NCBI GenBank assembly: GCA_903861145.1 | Contig: CAIOTH010000046.1 | Coordinates: 658 to 64,657 of the forward strand | Origin: an uncultured Bacteroidota bacterium | GTDB lineage: Bacteria; Bacteroidota; Bacteroidia; Chitinophagales; LD1 | Length of the DNA: 64,000 nucleotides | Direction: 5' to 3' | Shown: one piece after another, positions 42,529 to 52,225 of the stretch | Position numbering within the stretch: position 1 is the stretch's first letter | Layout of the letters: each line of letters starts with the position of its first letter | Position numbers and translations under genes: made by a program | The notes under the pieces: generated by a model | What the model was told of the DNA's origin: nothing | The model's database searches: none | What the model saw: only the letters and a program-made list of their open reading frames with translations

Positions 42529-43350
42529 ATGAAGTGTAGCGTAATTATTCCTTGTTATAACCAGGCAGCCTATTTAACTGTTGCTGTGGAAAGTGTAATT
42601 AATCAAACTTATAAAAACTATGAGATTATTATAGTTATTGATGGTTCACCCGATAATGCGTTTGAAGTGGCATCGGCACTGGCACAGAAGAGTGACTTAA
42701 TTAAAGTTTATAAAAAGGAAAACGGTGGCCTGGCATCTGCAAGAAACTATGGTGTTGAACGGTCAACCGGCGAGGTAATTTTGCCCCTTGATGCGGATGA
42801 TAAGATTGCCCCAACCTACCTTGAAAAGGGAATGCGATATTTTGAAGGAAACAAAAATGATTTCATTGTTTATTGCAATGCCGAGTACTTTGGCTTTCAA
42901 ACCGGGCCCTGGAAATTGGACCCCTTTAATGTAAGTGAGCTGTGTTTGTATAATATGATATTTTGCTCGGCATTTTATCGCAAATCTACCTGGTTAAAGG
43001 TGGGTGGCTATGATTCTAACGTTAAATCCGCATGGTCTGACTGGGAATTTTGGTTGTCGCTGGTTCAGCATGGCTGCGAAGTTGTGAAAATAGAGGAGGT
43101 TCTGTTTTATTATCACATAAAGCCCAACTCAATGCTTACAAGCATGACAAAAGATGAGGAATATAAGGGTTTCGATTATATATGGCAGAAGCATAAATTC
43201 TTTATTGCCAACCATATTCACAACCCTCTGATTATCAATTATGAAAGTTATGTTTTACGCGAAGAGTTGAACGACTTGCGTAGGTCAAAAGCACTGCGAA
43301 TTGTGGCAGGAATAAAAAAGCTTGCTAGTGCGCTGGGCTTTAAGAAATAG
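42529..43350 (+). CDS. family 2 glycosyltransferase
   Basis: CSVIIPCYNQAAYL...IDGSPDN...LDADD block typical of GT2. Confidence 0.8.
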   Translation: MKCSVIIPCYNQAAYLTVAVESVINQTYKNYEIIIVIDGSPDNAFEVASALAQKSDLIKVYKKENGGLASARNYGVERSTGEVILPLDADDKIAPTYLEKGMRYFEGNKNDFIVYCNAEYFGFQTGPWKLDPFNVSELCLYNMIFCSAFYRKSTWLKVGGYDSNVKSAWSDWEFWLSLVQHGCEVVKIEEVLFYYHIKPNSMLTSMTKDEEYKGFDYIWQKHKFFIANHIHNPLIINYESYVLREELNDLRRSKALRIVAGIKKLASALGFKK

Positions 43351-43505
43351 GTAAAACTAATTCAACCCATCGGTTGCGATAACGTTTATACTTCTTTTGT
43401 GGTAAATTAAGCATTGCAAGACAGGTAATTTTTGAAATTATCTAAAAATCGGCATGAAAAGGGCGAAATGCAAAAGATAATCCAGCTAATTAGGGTGTTT
43501 AGAAG

Positions 43506-43535
43506 TTGCTTTTCTCAAAGTAATAATTAATTTTG
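43506..43535 (+). promoter_or_regulatory. Bacteroidota-type promoter for rpmH-rnpA-yidD
   Basis: TTG (43506-08), a 19-nt spacer, then TAATTTTG (43528-35), which matches the TAnnTTTG -7 consensus. Lies 34 nt before the rpmH ATG. Confidence 0.55.
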
Positions 43536-43568
43536 CCGTCCCTTAAACGAAATATAAATTAGTACGAA

Positions 43569-43724
43569 ATGAAACGGACATTCCAGCCAAGCCGCAAGAA
43601 AAGAATTAACAAACACGGCTTTAGAGAAAGAATGAGCACAAAAAATGGAAGAAAAGTTCTTACAAGAAGAAGAGCACGGGGCAGAAAAAAGCTCACGGTT
43701 TCTGACGAAAAGAGACTTAAATAG
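43569..43724 (+). CDS. rpmH: 50S ribosomal protein L34
   Basis: Own translation: [51 protein letters not shown] (51 aa). It is below the size cut-off of the ORF track. Confidence 0.9.
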   Translation: MKRTFQPSRKKRINKHGFRERMSTKNGRKVLTRRRARGRKKLTVSDEKRLK

Positions 43725-44142
43725 ATCTCTTGCCGGTAAGGCTTTTGCCGATTTTGACCTTGCCAAAAGTGCAGGTAACAAATTTGGCGCACTAGAAAAG
43801 CTCAAGAGCAAAAAGATTATCGATAAACTTTTTAACGAGGGTAAATCTGTTTCACAAAACGGGTTTACCCTCGTTTATTTGATTGGGGAGCTCAACTCAT
43901 TTTATCCTGTCCAGGCAGGGTTTACAGTTCCCAAAAAATACTTTAAACACGCAGTTGACCGCAATCGTATTAAGCGGTTAATGCGTGAAGCTTATCGACT
44001 TAACAAATTGGTGGTTTACCAAAAATTGACTTCAAGCAAACAACAAATGGCCGCTATGTTCGTCTTTAAAGGAAAAGTAATTCCCGATTATAAAGCAGTG
44101 ACAGAATCTGTGGTGGCTTGTCTTAATAAATTGAAAGTATGA
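43645..44142 (+). CDS. rnpA: ribonuclease P protein component (start uncertain)
   Basis: The conserved core starts near [16 protein letters not shown] and includes [13 protein letters not shown]. The only ATG/GTG/TTG in frame is at 43645, 80 nt inside rpmH. Confidence 0.75.
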   Translation: MEEKFLQEEEHGAEKSSRFLTKRDLNRSLAGKAFADFDLAKSAGNKFGALEKLKSKKIIDKLFNEGKSVSQNGFTLVYLIGELNSFYPVQAGFTVPKKYFKHAVDRNRIKRLMREAYRLNKLVVYQKLTSSKQQMAAMFVFKGKVIPDYKAVTESVVACLNKLKV

Positions 44143-44363
44143 TTTCGAAGGTTGTGAGCTTTTTGCTGCTTCTTTTTATCAAGGCGTATAAAACCTTGCT
44201 CTCACCAATATTGCCTCCTAGTTGTCGCTATTTGCCAACGTGCTCTGATTATGGCATACAGGCCATTCAAAAGTACGGCCCTTTTAAAGGCGGGTGGTTA
44301 GCTCTAAAGCGTGTTTTGCGTTGTCACCCCTGGGGTGGCCATGGCTATGACCCTGTACCGTAA
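44139..44363 (+). CDS. yidD: membrane protein insertion efficiency factor YidD
   Basis: [31 protein letters not shown]...[18 protein letters not shown] overlap with rnpA. Confidence 0.85.
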   Translation: MISKVVSFLLLLFIKAYKTLLSPILPPSCRYLPTCSDYGIQAIQKYGPFKGGWLALKRVLRCHPWGGHGYDPVP

Positions 44364-44369
44364 CCCGCA

Positions 44370-45356
44370 TTACAAAACCTGATCTTTTAGCCCCGGGAAC
44401 ACCTTCCCGACTTTGTTCAACAAATATTCACCGTACGTACCACCAAATTGATGCGGGTTGGCGTTGTCCCACCGTGGCGCTTCGTCGCCGGTACTTGTTT
44501 GCGGGATATTTTCAATGCGCTCTATCACCGTATCAAAACCAGGATCGAAAAATAAAGGGAATGATAAACGGCTTTTACCCGAAACATTCAAAACCCTATG
44601 TGGAGTTGATCTATATACTCCGCCCGTCATTTTATCAAGCATATCGCCAATGTTGCAGATAAAGGTATTTTCAATAGGTGGTGCGGCTATCCATTCACCA
44701 CGGCTTTTAACCTGCAAACCACCCACCGAATCCTGCAACAGAATGGTAAGCAATCCATAATCGGTATGTTCACCAACACCCCAACTATTAGTGTTAATGG
44801 GCTGGGGCGGATAATGAAAAATACGAAACAGAATCAGCGGATCGCGGTTATATTTTTGGTAAAAATAATCTGCCGGCAAATTCAGGCTTAACGAAACTCC
44901 TTGCATAACAGTATGTCCTACTTCGGTAACCACATCTATATATTCTAAAACTGTTTCTTTAAAACCAATGGGACTTTGGGGAAATAAATTAGAGCCGTGA
45001 AGCGGTAGTTGGGCTTTTACGCGGGCATCATTGGCGCTCAACTCCGTACCAAAATAAATGCCCTCTTTCTTATCGGGTTTACCACTTGTTAGCTCGTCAT
45101 TTACGGCAAAGTAACCACGCCATGCCCTGCCACCTTTTGTCATGGCTATTTGTAGTTTATCTTCTTCGGGTAGGGCAAAAAATTCATGACTAAGTTTTGC
45201 AATACGCTTTTGTAACTCTAAACTAACGCCGTGTCCGGCCACATAAAAAAAGCCGTTTTCACGACAGGCGCTTGAAATTTCTTGCGCAACTTCGGCACGC
45301 CCCAAGTCGTTTTTTATCTTTCCAAAATCAATTATAGGGATTTGAGAATTGCTCAT
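44370..45356 (-). CDS. 2OG-Fe(II) oxygenase (isopenicillin N synthase family)
   Basis: IPIIDFGK N-terminus, HTDYGLLTILLQDSVGGLQV and STPHRV (HxD...H, RxS). Start set at MSNSQIP. Confidence 0.8.
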   Translation of the reverse strand: MSNSQIPIIDFGKIKNDLGRAEVAQEISSACRENGFFYVAGHGVSLELQKRIAKLSHEFFALPEEDKLQIAMTKGGRAWRGYFAVNDELTSGKPDKKEGIYFGTELSANDARVKAQLPLHGSNLFPQSPIGFKETVLEYIDVVTEVGHTVMQGVSLSLNLPADYFYQKYNRDPLILFRIFHYPPQPINTNSWGVGEHTDYGLLTILLQDSVGGLQVKSRGEWIAAPPIENTFICNIGDMLDKMTGGVYRSTPHRVLNVSGKSRLSFPLFFDPGFDTVIERIENIPQTSTGDEAPRWDNANPHQFGGTYGEYLLNKVGKVFPGLKDQVL

Positions 45357-45636
45357 CGTAGTATGAATTAAGGATGCATATCTGCGCGTTGATTTTAACT
45401 TCGTTTTAACTCCAGCGGTTATTGCGCCCGCAAATATTGTCAAAATGCCAATCATAGAGAGGCCGATTTCCTAAAATCATCTAAATACAACCGGCGTGTC
45501 GGCAACAATTTCAATATCTCGGCGTTAAAAATTATGTTTACAAACATAAAGGGTTGCTAAAGGGTAAAGGACATTATAGTTGTCAGAACCAACTTTCCCC
45601 GCAATGTGTTTTAATTCGGTTCATGAACAATACGCG

Positions 45637-47298
45637 ATGAAGAGATTTAAAAAGTTTTTGTTTATAGGTTGTTTGCTGGCAATGGCATTTGTGCCTTTGG
45701 CTTTTACAAATAGTTCGTATTTCGAGATTACAAAGAACCTCGACATTTTCACTACGCTCTATAAAGAGCTGAATACCTATTATGTTGATACCCTAAATCC
45801 CCAAAAATTGATGCACGCCGGCATCAACCAAATGCTGGATGGCCTTGATCCTTACACAGATTTCATACCTGAAGAAGAAATGGACGACTACCGTACCCAA
45901 ACAACAGGGCAATATGGTGGCATTGGCGCGGTGATTGGTACCCGGGGCGATTGGGTAATAGTGAGTGAGCCTTATGAAGGCTTTCCGGCTGATAAGGCCG
46001 GATTGAGAGCAGGCGATCAGATTTTATCGATTGACGGTAAAGACGCTAAAAACTATAAAACCGACCAGGTAAGTGCCATGCTTAAGGGCAAACCCGGAAC
46101 CGAGGTACAGGTAAAACTTAGAAGAAAAAATAAAGAAGGAAAGGAAGAAGACTTTACGGTTAAAATGGTGCGCGAAGAAATTAAGATTAAAAACGTGCCC
46201 TATTTTGGCTTGTTGAACGACCATATTGGATATATACGTTTGGGTGGATTTACTGAACGCGCTGGAGCCGAAGTAAAGAATGCACTGGAGTCGCTGGAAA
46301 CCAACCATCATATTACCGGTCTTGTGTTTGATTTAAGAGGCAATCCCGGTGGGCTACTAAACGAGGCAATTAATGTAGCCAATGTTTTTGTTGACAAGAA
46401 CCTGCAAATTGTAGCAACCAAAGGCAAAATTCAGGAGTGGAATAAGGCCTTCTTCTCGTTAAATGAACCGGTTGATTTACGGTTGCCAATGGTAGTGTTA
46501 GCGGATGGCGGCTCAGCATCAGCAGCCGAAATTGTTTCGGGCTCACTACAGGATTTAGACCGCGCGGTTATTGTGGGGCAAAGAACTTTTGGCAAAGGGC
46601 TTGTTCAATCAACCCGCTCATTGCCTTTTAATGCCAAGCTTAAAATAACAACGGCAAAATATTATATCCCATCAGGCCGGTGTATACAAGCGCTTAATTA
46701 TGCGGAGCGCAATGCCGATGGCAGCGCAGTACGCACTCCCGATTCTTTAAAAGTGGCTTTCAAAACCAAAAATGGCCGTAAGGTTATGGACGGTGGCGGT
46801 ATTGACCCTGATATTACAATTGAACCGGAGAAATATGCCCGCATAACCATTAGCCTGATTACCAAAAGCCTGATTTCGGATTACGCTACTGAGTATCGTA
46901 TGAACCACGATAAAATAAGTGATGCTGCTACTTTTACCTTAACCGATGCTGAGTATAATGACTTTGTAACCTGGGTTTCGAAAAAGGATTACGACTATAC
47001 TACTAAAAGCGAAAAGCTATTGGATGAGTTTAAAGCGGCAGCCGAGAAGGAGAAATATTACGATGTTGTGAAGGATGATTATGATGGTATGAAAAAAACC
47101 ATGATGCATGATAAAGCCAACGACTTACAAAAAGAAAAAGTACAGATTAAGAGCATTTTGGAAGAGGAAATTGCCGCCCGTTATTATTTGAATGGCGGTA
47201 GAATTCAAGCCTCATTCAAAAACGACCTTGAAATCAAAAAGGCTATTGACGTGCTAAGCGATACCAGGAAGATGAACGAGATATTAGCTAAGAAATAA
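45637..47298 (+). CDS. S41 family C-terminal processing peptidase
   Basis: PDZ region (GLRAGDQILSIDG), DLRGNPGG, GGSASAAEI (Ser) and TFGKGLVQ (Lys). Start set at MKRFKKFLF. Confidence 0.85.
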   Translation: MKRFKKFLFIGCLLAMAFVPLAFTNSSYFEITKNLDIFTTLYKELNTYYVDTLNPQKLMHAGINQMLDGLDPYTDFIPEEEMDDYRTQTTGQYGGIGAVIGTRGDWVIVSEPYEGFPADKAGLRAGDQILSIDGKDAKNYKTDQVSAMLKGKPGTEVQVKLRRKNKEGKEEDFTVKMVREEIKIKNVPYFGLLNDHIGYIRLGGFTERAGAEVKNALESLETNHHITGLVFDLRGNPGGLLNEAINVANVFVDKNLQIVATKGKIQEWNKAFFSLNEPVDLRLPMVVLADGGSASAAEIVSGSLQDLDRAVIVGQRTFGKGLVQSTRSLPFNAKLKITTAKYYIPSGRCIQALNYAERNADGSAVRTPDSLKVAFKTKNGRKVMDGGGIDPDITIEPEKYARITISLITKSLISDYATEYRMNHDKISDAATFTLTDAEYNDFVTWVSKKDYDYTTKSEKLLDEFKAAAEKEKYYDVVKDDYDGMKKTMMHDKANDLQKEKVQIKSILEEEIAARYYLNGGRIQASFKNDLEIKKAIDVLSDTRKMNEILAKK

Positions 47299-47354
47299 TT
47301 AGTGAATTAAAAGTTTGAACAAATCTCTGCCGGCGGCAGAATCAACTGAAAGAA

Positions 47355-49055
47355 ATGAGTCCATCTAAAAATAAATCATCGTTGGTTTTATCCTTTTTAA
47401 AAAGAGGGCGCACATGGATATTGCTTGTGGTAATTGCTGTAGGCTCTATGTCGTTTGCCGATTACTATTTCGAAATTTCGAAGAACATCGATATTTTCTC
47501 GTCACTTTTTAAAGAGGTAAATACATTTTATGTAGATGATGTTGAGCCTTCAAAACTAATGCGCACCTGCATTGACGGGATGCTGAAGACACTGGACCCC
47601 TTTACCAATTACTTTTCCGAATCGCAGATTGAGAATGCCAGGATACAACAGGGAGGCAAGTTTGGTGGCCTCGGTATTGAAATTGAAATTATGAACGGAT
47701 ACCCGGTTATTACTTCAGTAACCCAAAACCAGCCGGCCGATAAAAGTGGTTTAAAGGTGGGTGATGTTATTAAAGGTATTGACGGTAACCCCACTGAAAA
47801 GCGGACCAAGGAAGAAGTAAATAAAATATTGATTGGCGAACCCAAAACAAAGGTTACACTGCAGATAGAAAGGAAGACATCGTTGTTTGATACCAAACAG
47901 CAAAGTTTTTTGATTGCGCGTGAAGAAATACAGGAAACAAATGTTCCGTTTTACGGTATGGTTTCGCCGGAGGTGGGTTGTATTAAGCTAAAGATATTTA
48001 ATGAGCATGCAGGCCGTGATGTAAAACAGGCTTTTGATAGTTTAAAACGTGCCACTCCTAATATGAAAGGGATTATTCTCGACCTACGTGGCAACCCCGG
48101 TGGCTTGTTGAATGAGGCAGTTAATATTGTAAATATATTCGTCAGCAAAAATCAACTGGTAGTAAACACGCGTGGTAAGGTAGATGAGTGGAACAATACT
48201 TTTAAAACGGTTGACGAACCAAGCGATACAGCCATCCCTATCGTTATTATAGCAAATTCGGGTTCGGCATCAGCTTCCGAAATTGTATCAGGCACCATTC
48301 AGGATTATGACCGCGGCGTTATTATTGGGCAAAGAACTTACGGCAAAGGCCTGGTGCAGATTACGCGTAACCTTAGCTACAACACCATGCTTAAGGTTAC
48401 TACAGCCAAATATTATATACCTACCGGCCGCTGCATACAAGCCATTAATTACGCCGAAAGAAATGCAGACGGAAGTGTTAAGCATATTCCCGATTCATTG
48501 AAGGTCGCCTTCAAAACTATTAATAAGGGTAGGACAGTTTATGATGGCGGGGGTATTGACCCCGACCTGCAACTGACCTTGCCCGAGGCAAGTAAACTGG
48601 TTGACAAACTGATTTCACAAAACTACATTTTCGAATTTGCTACCACCTACAGCATATTACATACAAGCATTGACGATCCGGCAAAATTCAGGTTGAGCGA
48701 TAAGGACTTTGATGATTTTGTAGCCTACGTAAAATCGAAAGACCTTTCGTACAAAACAGAAAGCGAAGAAAAATTGGATGCACTTAAAGATGCTTCGACC
48801 GAAGAGAAATATTTTGATGCTTTAAAGGAGCAGTACGAAACCATTAAAAAGAAACTGGCCCATGATAAAGGGCAGGATATCATCAAAAACAAAAGTGAGA
48901 TTGTTACCCTGCTTGAAAATGAAATTGCCGGCCGTTACTATTATGCTTATGGCCGTGTAAAAAAGGGCAATCAAAACGATATAGAGGTAGCCAAAGCGAT
49001 TGAACTGATTAACAACCCCACTAAGTATAACGAGTTGTTGACCGCTAAAAAATAA
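47355..49055 (+). CDS. S41 family C-terminal processing peptidase (tandem paralogue)
   Basis: Same block order as the upstream gene (DLRGNPGGLLNEA, SGSASASEIVSG, TYGKGLVQ, TTAKYYIPTGRCIQAINYAERNADGS). Confidence 0.85.
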   Translation: MSPSKNKSSLVLSFLKRGRTWILLVVIAVGSMSFADYYFEISKNIDIFSSLFKEVNTFYVDDVEPSKLMRTCIDGMLKTLDPFTNYFSESQIENARIQQGGKFGGLGIEIEIMNGYPVITSVTQNQPADKSGLKVGDVIKGIDGNPTEKRTKEEVNKILIGEPKTKVTLQIERKTSLFDTKQQSFLIAREEIQETNVPFYGMVSPEVGCIKLKIFNEHAGRDVKQAFDSLKRATPNMKGIILDLRGNPGGLLNEAVNIVNIFVSKNQLVVNTRGKVDEWNNTFKTVDEPSDTAIPIVIIANSGSASASEIVSGTIQDYDRGVIIGQRTYGKGLVQITRNLSYNTMLKVTTAKYYIPTGRCIQAINYAERNADGSVKHIPDSLKVAFKTINKGRTVYDGGGIDPDLQLTLPEASKLVDKLISQNYIFEFATTYSILHTSIDDPAKFRLSDKDFDDFVAYVKSKDLSYKTESEEKLDALKDASTEEKYFDALKEQYETIKKKLAHDKGQDIIKNKSEIVTLLENEIAGRYYYAYGRVKKGNQNDIEVAKAIELINNPTKYNELLTAKK

Positions 49056-49127
49056 GCCTTCCCTTAATCCATACAATTACAACTGCGTATTTAGCGGTAA
49101 AGAACCTATTTGTATTAATTTTCAGCC

Positions 49128-50525
49128 ATGATTACCAGCGATACTATTGTTGCGCTTGCTACGGCACCCGGTGTGGGGGCTATTGGCGTTATCCGCTTAT
49201 CGGGCCCACAGGCAATTGAAATAGTTGAAAAGGTTTTTAAAGGGAAAAACCTTACGCAACAAAAATCGCATACCATTCATTACGGCCATATTATTGATGA
49301 TGAAAAGATATTGGATGAGGTAATGGTAAGCCTGTTCCGTGCGCCCAAAAGTTTTACTACCGAAGATGTGGTTGAAATATCTTGCCATGGCTCTCCGTTT
49401 GTGGCCGAGCAAATTATCAGGTTGTTGATTCAAAAAGGTGCCAGGTCAGCTAAGCCCGGTGAGTTTACTTTGCGCGCTTTTATGCATGGCCGTATCGACC
49501 TTTCGCAGGCCGAAGCTGTGGCTGATTTAATAGCTTCTTCATCCTCAGCATCTCAACAATTGGCCCTGCAACAAATGCGCGGTGGTTTCTCTAACCAAAT
49601 AAAAGACCTACGCACCCAGCTACTCAACTTTGCTTCGCTGATTGAATTGGAGCTTGATTTTTCGGAAGAGGATGTGGAGTTTGCAAACCGCGAACAGTTA
49701 ATTGCACTAATAGACAGGATACAGCACCTACTTAAACCTTTAGCTGAATCTTTTAAGCTGGGTAATGTTATTAAGAATGGCGTTAACACTGTAATTGCCG
49801 GCAAACCCAATGCGGGTAAATCAACCTTGCTGAATGCACTACTGAACGAAGAGCGTGCTATTGTTTCTGAAATTCCTGGCACCACGCGTGATACGATTGA
49901 AGAGGTGATGAACATTAACGGTATCCAGTTTCGGTTTATTGATACTGCGGGTATAAGGGTTACAACAGATGCAATAGAACAGCAAGGAGTTGAACGTACG
50001 ATGGAAAAGCTACGGCAAAGTGCAGTTTACATTTATTTGTTTGATGTAAACAAAACTACGCCGCAAGAACTGCTACAAGAGCTTAAAGAATTGGAGCTAC
50101 TAGGCTTTAGCGGCCTTATTGTGGGCAACAAAATAGATAAGGCCAACTGGAAAACCACGGCGCCGTTTTACAGCGCCATTGAATTTTCAAAAGGCAAGCA
50201 TCATTTTCCCGAAATCATGTTTGTTTCAGCCAACACACATTACAACCTGCCATTGTTTAAAGAGAAGCTTTATCAACTGGTAACCAGTTCGGCGAAAGTA
50301 GGTTCGCAGGATACGATTATAACTAACCTGAGGCATTATGAAGCTTTAGTTAAAGCCAGCGAGGCTTTAAGCCTCGTTAAAACCGGCATCGAAAATCAAA
50401 ATACCGGCGAGCTGGTAGCATTTGATATTAAACGGGCGCTTGAATACCTGGGTGAGATATCGGGCGAGGTTACTAATGATGAAATATTGGGAAACATATT
50501 TTCGAAGTTTTGTATCGGCAAATAA
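49128..50525 (+). CDS. mnmE: tRNA uridine-5-carboxymethylaminomethyl modification GTPase
   Basis: DTIVALATAPGVGAIGVIRLSG, G1 GKPNAGKSTLLNAL, DTAGIR, NKID and the invariant C-terminus FCIGK. Confidence 0.95.
   Translation: MITSDTIVALATAPGVGAIGVIRLSGPQAIEIVEKVFKGKNLTQQKSHTIHYGHIIDDEKILDEVMVSLFRAPKSFTTEDVVEISCHGSPFVAEQIIRLLIQKGARSAKPGEFTLRAFMHGRIDLSQAEAVADLIASSSSASQQLALQQMRGGFSNQIKDLRTQLLNFASLIELELDFSEEDVEFANREQLIALIDRIQHLLKPLAESFKLGNVIKNGVNTVIAGKPNAGKSTLLNALLNEERAIVSEIPGTTRDTIEEVMNINGIQFRFIDTAGIRVTTDAIEQQGVERTMEKLRQSAVYIYLFDVNKTTPQELLQELKELELLGFSGLIVGNKIDKANWKTTAPFYSAIEFSKGKHHFPEIMFVSANTHYNLPLFKEKLYQLVTSSAKVGSQDTIITNLRHYEALVKASEALSLVKTGIENQNTGELVAFDIKRALEYLGEISGEVTNDEILGNIFSKFCIGK
50508..50525 (+). 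repeat. attL core (last 5 codons plus stop of mnmE, preceded by Phe codon)
   Basis: TTT TGT ATC GGC AAA TAA. Partner at 59940-59957. Confidence 0.7.
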
Positions 50526-50692
50526 TTTCTTACATTTTCCGTAATTTTACGTCATTTTCCATCATTTAACACAAAAAACATTCATTTTTTGTTGTTTTTG
50601 GTCAATTTTTATTTTTAGATTTGTTACGATTTGTTGCTCGCGGCTGATGCAATGTTGCTCAAATGTGGTCAAATAAATTTTAACAATAATAA

Positions 50693-50719
50693 TGCACCAT
50701 TCTGCACCAATATGCACCA
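50693..50719 (+). promoter_or_regulatory. three exact TGCACCA heptamers at 10-bp spacing (candidate arm-type or operator sites)
   Basis: TGCACCA at 50693, 50703 and 50713, which is 21-47 nt upstream of the first element gene (ATG 50740). Confidence 0.5.
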
Positions 50720-50739
50720 ACTAACCACATCAAGCTACA

Positions 50740-51111
50740 ATGAGCAGTAATCTAAGCCTTCCCAAAACCTGTCAGCATTGTGGCAAAGCCTTTATTGCAC
50801 AGAAATTTTCAACTAAATATTGTGGGCATCCTTGCGCGGCTCGCGCTTATAAACTCCGAATGAGGCAGGATAAAATTAAGGATGCCGTAAAAATGCAACA
50901 TTATGTTTTGCAGGACAGCACATCCAACATAGGTGCTTCTTCAACGAGCGTGTATAACAAGGAGTTTTTGAGTTTAAAAGAGGTCGCCCTACTGTTGGGG
51001 GCAAGCCGTTGGACAATTCAGCGCTTAATAAAAGCTAAAAAACTGACTGTTGGAAAAGTCGGGAGAAGGACAATAATTAAACGTTCAGAGATTGATAACC
51101 TATTTAAATAA
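50740..51111 (+). CDS. zinc-ribbon plus excisionase-type helix-turn-helix DNA-binding protein
   Basis: N-terminal CQHCGKAF...YCGHPC (C-x2-C...C-x3-C). C-terminal LSLKEVALLLGASRWTIQRLIKAKKLTVGKVGRRTIIKRSEIDNLF fits the excisionase/MerR-like HTH_17 type. Immediately upstream of int. Confidence 0.65.
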   Translation: MSSNLSLPKTCQHCGKAFIAQKFSTKYCGHPCAARAYKLRMRQDKIKDAVKMQHYVLQDSTSNIGASSTSVYNKEFLSLKEVALLLGASRWTIQRLIKAKKLTVGKVGRRTIIKRSEIDNLFK

Positions 51112-51118
51112 ATATTAT

Positions 51119-52225
51119 ATGACAATCACATTAAGACAAAGAATTAGACCAAAAAGAATTAGTCTCTACCTTGAATACTACGAAAACGGCAAGCGCACTT
51201 ACGAAAACTTGCCTATTCATTTGATTGCAGGCGACAACTTAACAGCCGAGCAAAAGGAAAGAAATAAGCAGGAACTTGAAACGGCAGAATCTATTGCGAC
51301 AATCAGAAAAGGAGACATGCTTAAAGGCAGGTTCGGCATAAAGGATACCAAAAAGCTGAAAGGAAGTTTTATAAAGTATGCTGAAATGCTTGCTGAGAAA
51401 AGAAGAAGAAATAAGAATAACTACCAAAATTGGTTGAGCGCCCTGCGGCATCTCAAAGCATTTTGTAAGGAAATTACTTTCGCCGATATAAACAAAAAAT
51501 GGCTTGAAGACTTTCGCGCTTACTTGCAAGAGGAAGCAGTAAAGCCAAATGGCGAACCGTTAGCGCCAAATTCTCAATCGTCATATTTTAATAAGGTTCG
51601 GGCGGCTATTAAAGAAGCCTTTATGGATGAAATTCTGCTACACAACCCCGCCGAGAAGGTTGAACCTATTAAGGGAGAACAATCGGAGATGTGCTATCTT
51701 ACCGAAGAGGAGGCACAAAAGATGGCGGATGCAGAATGCGTCTCGCCTGTTTTAAAACGAGCATTTATGTTTGCTTGTGTAACAGGGTTAAGATATTGCG
51801 ATATTGAAAAGTTAACTTGGTCGGAATTGCATATACATGAAGAAGGCTGCAACATTCACTTCCGCCAAAAGAAAGTTCAAGAGCAGTTTCTGATTCATCC
51901 ATTTAAAATTGACTTCATACACCTCTTAGGTGAAAGGGGCAACCCTGACGACCGCGTCTTTCAAGGACTTTATTATGGACTTACAAGGAGTCCGAAATTT
52001 GATAATTGGGTCAAAAAATCGGGGATTAATAAATCGCCCACGTTCCATTCGTCAAGGCACACCTATACCTGTATCCTTCTTAACAAGGGAGTGGGTATTT
52101 ATGTGGTATCTAAAATGTTGGGACATAAAAATGTTGCCACAACGGAGCGAACTTATGCTCATATAATACCTAAGACGAAGCAAGACGCTGCCAATCAGAT
52201 TGACCTTAAATTTGGGACACGGTGA
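51119..52225 (+). CDS. int: tyrosine-type site-specific integrase
   Basis: N-terminal ITLRQRIRPKRISLYLEYYENGKRTYE (Bacteroidota integrase arm-binding type). Catalytic blocks GLRYCDIEKLTW (R), HSSRHTY (H-x-x-R) and LGHKNVATTERTYAHI (H...Y). Confidence 0.9.
   Translation: MTITLRQRIRPKRISLYLEYYENGKRTYENLPIHLIAGDNLTAEQKERNKQELETAESIATIRKGDMLKGRFGIKDTKKLKGSFIKYAEMLAEKRRRNKNNYQNWLSALRHLKAFCKEITFADINKKWLEDFRAYLQEEAVKPNGEPLAPNSQSSYFNKVRAAIKEAFMDEILLHNPAEKVEPIKGEQSEMCYLTEEEAQKMADAECVSPVLKRAFMFACVTGLRYCDIEKLTWSELHIHEEGCNIHFRQKKVQEQFLIHPFKIDFIHLLGERGNPDDRVFQGLYYGLTRSPKFDNWVKKSGINKSPTFHSSRHTYTCILLNKGVGIYVVSKMLGHKNVATTERTYAHIIPKTKQDAANQIDLKFGTR

Noticed and set aside
50526-50740. Search for a tRNA or tmRNA gene as the integration target next to the integrase
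   Set aside because: I found no T-arm (GGTTCGAATCC-like) or acceptor-stem pattern at either element end. The duplicated core is instead the mnmE 3' terminus.
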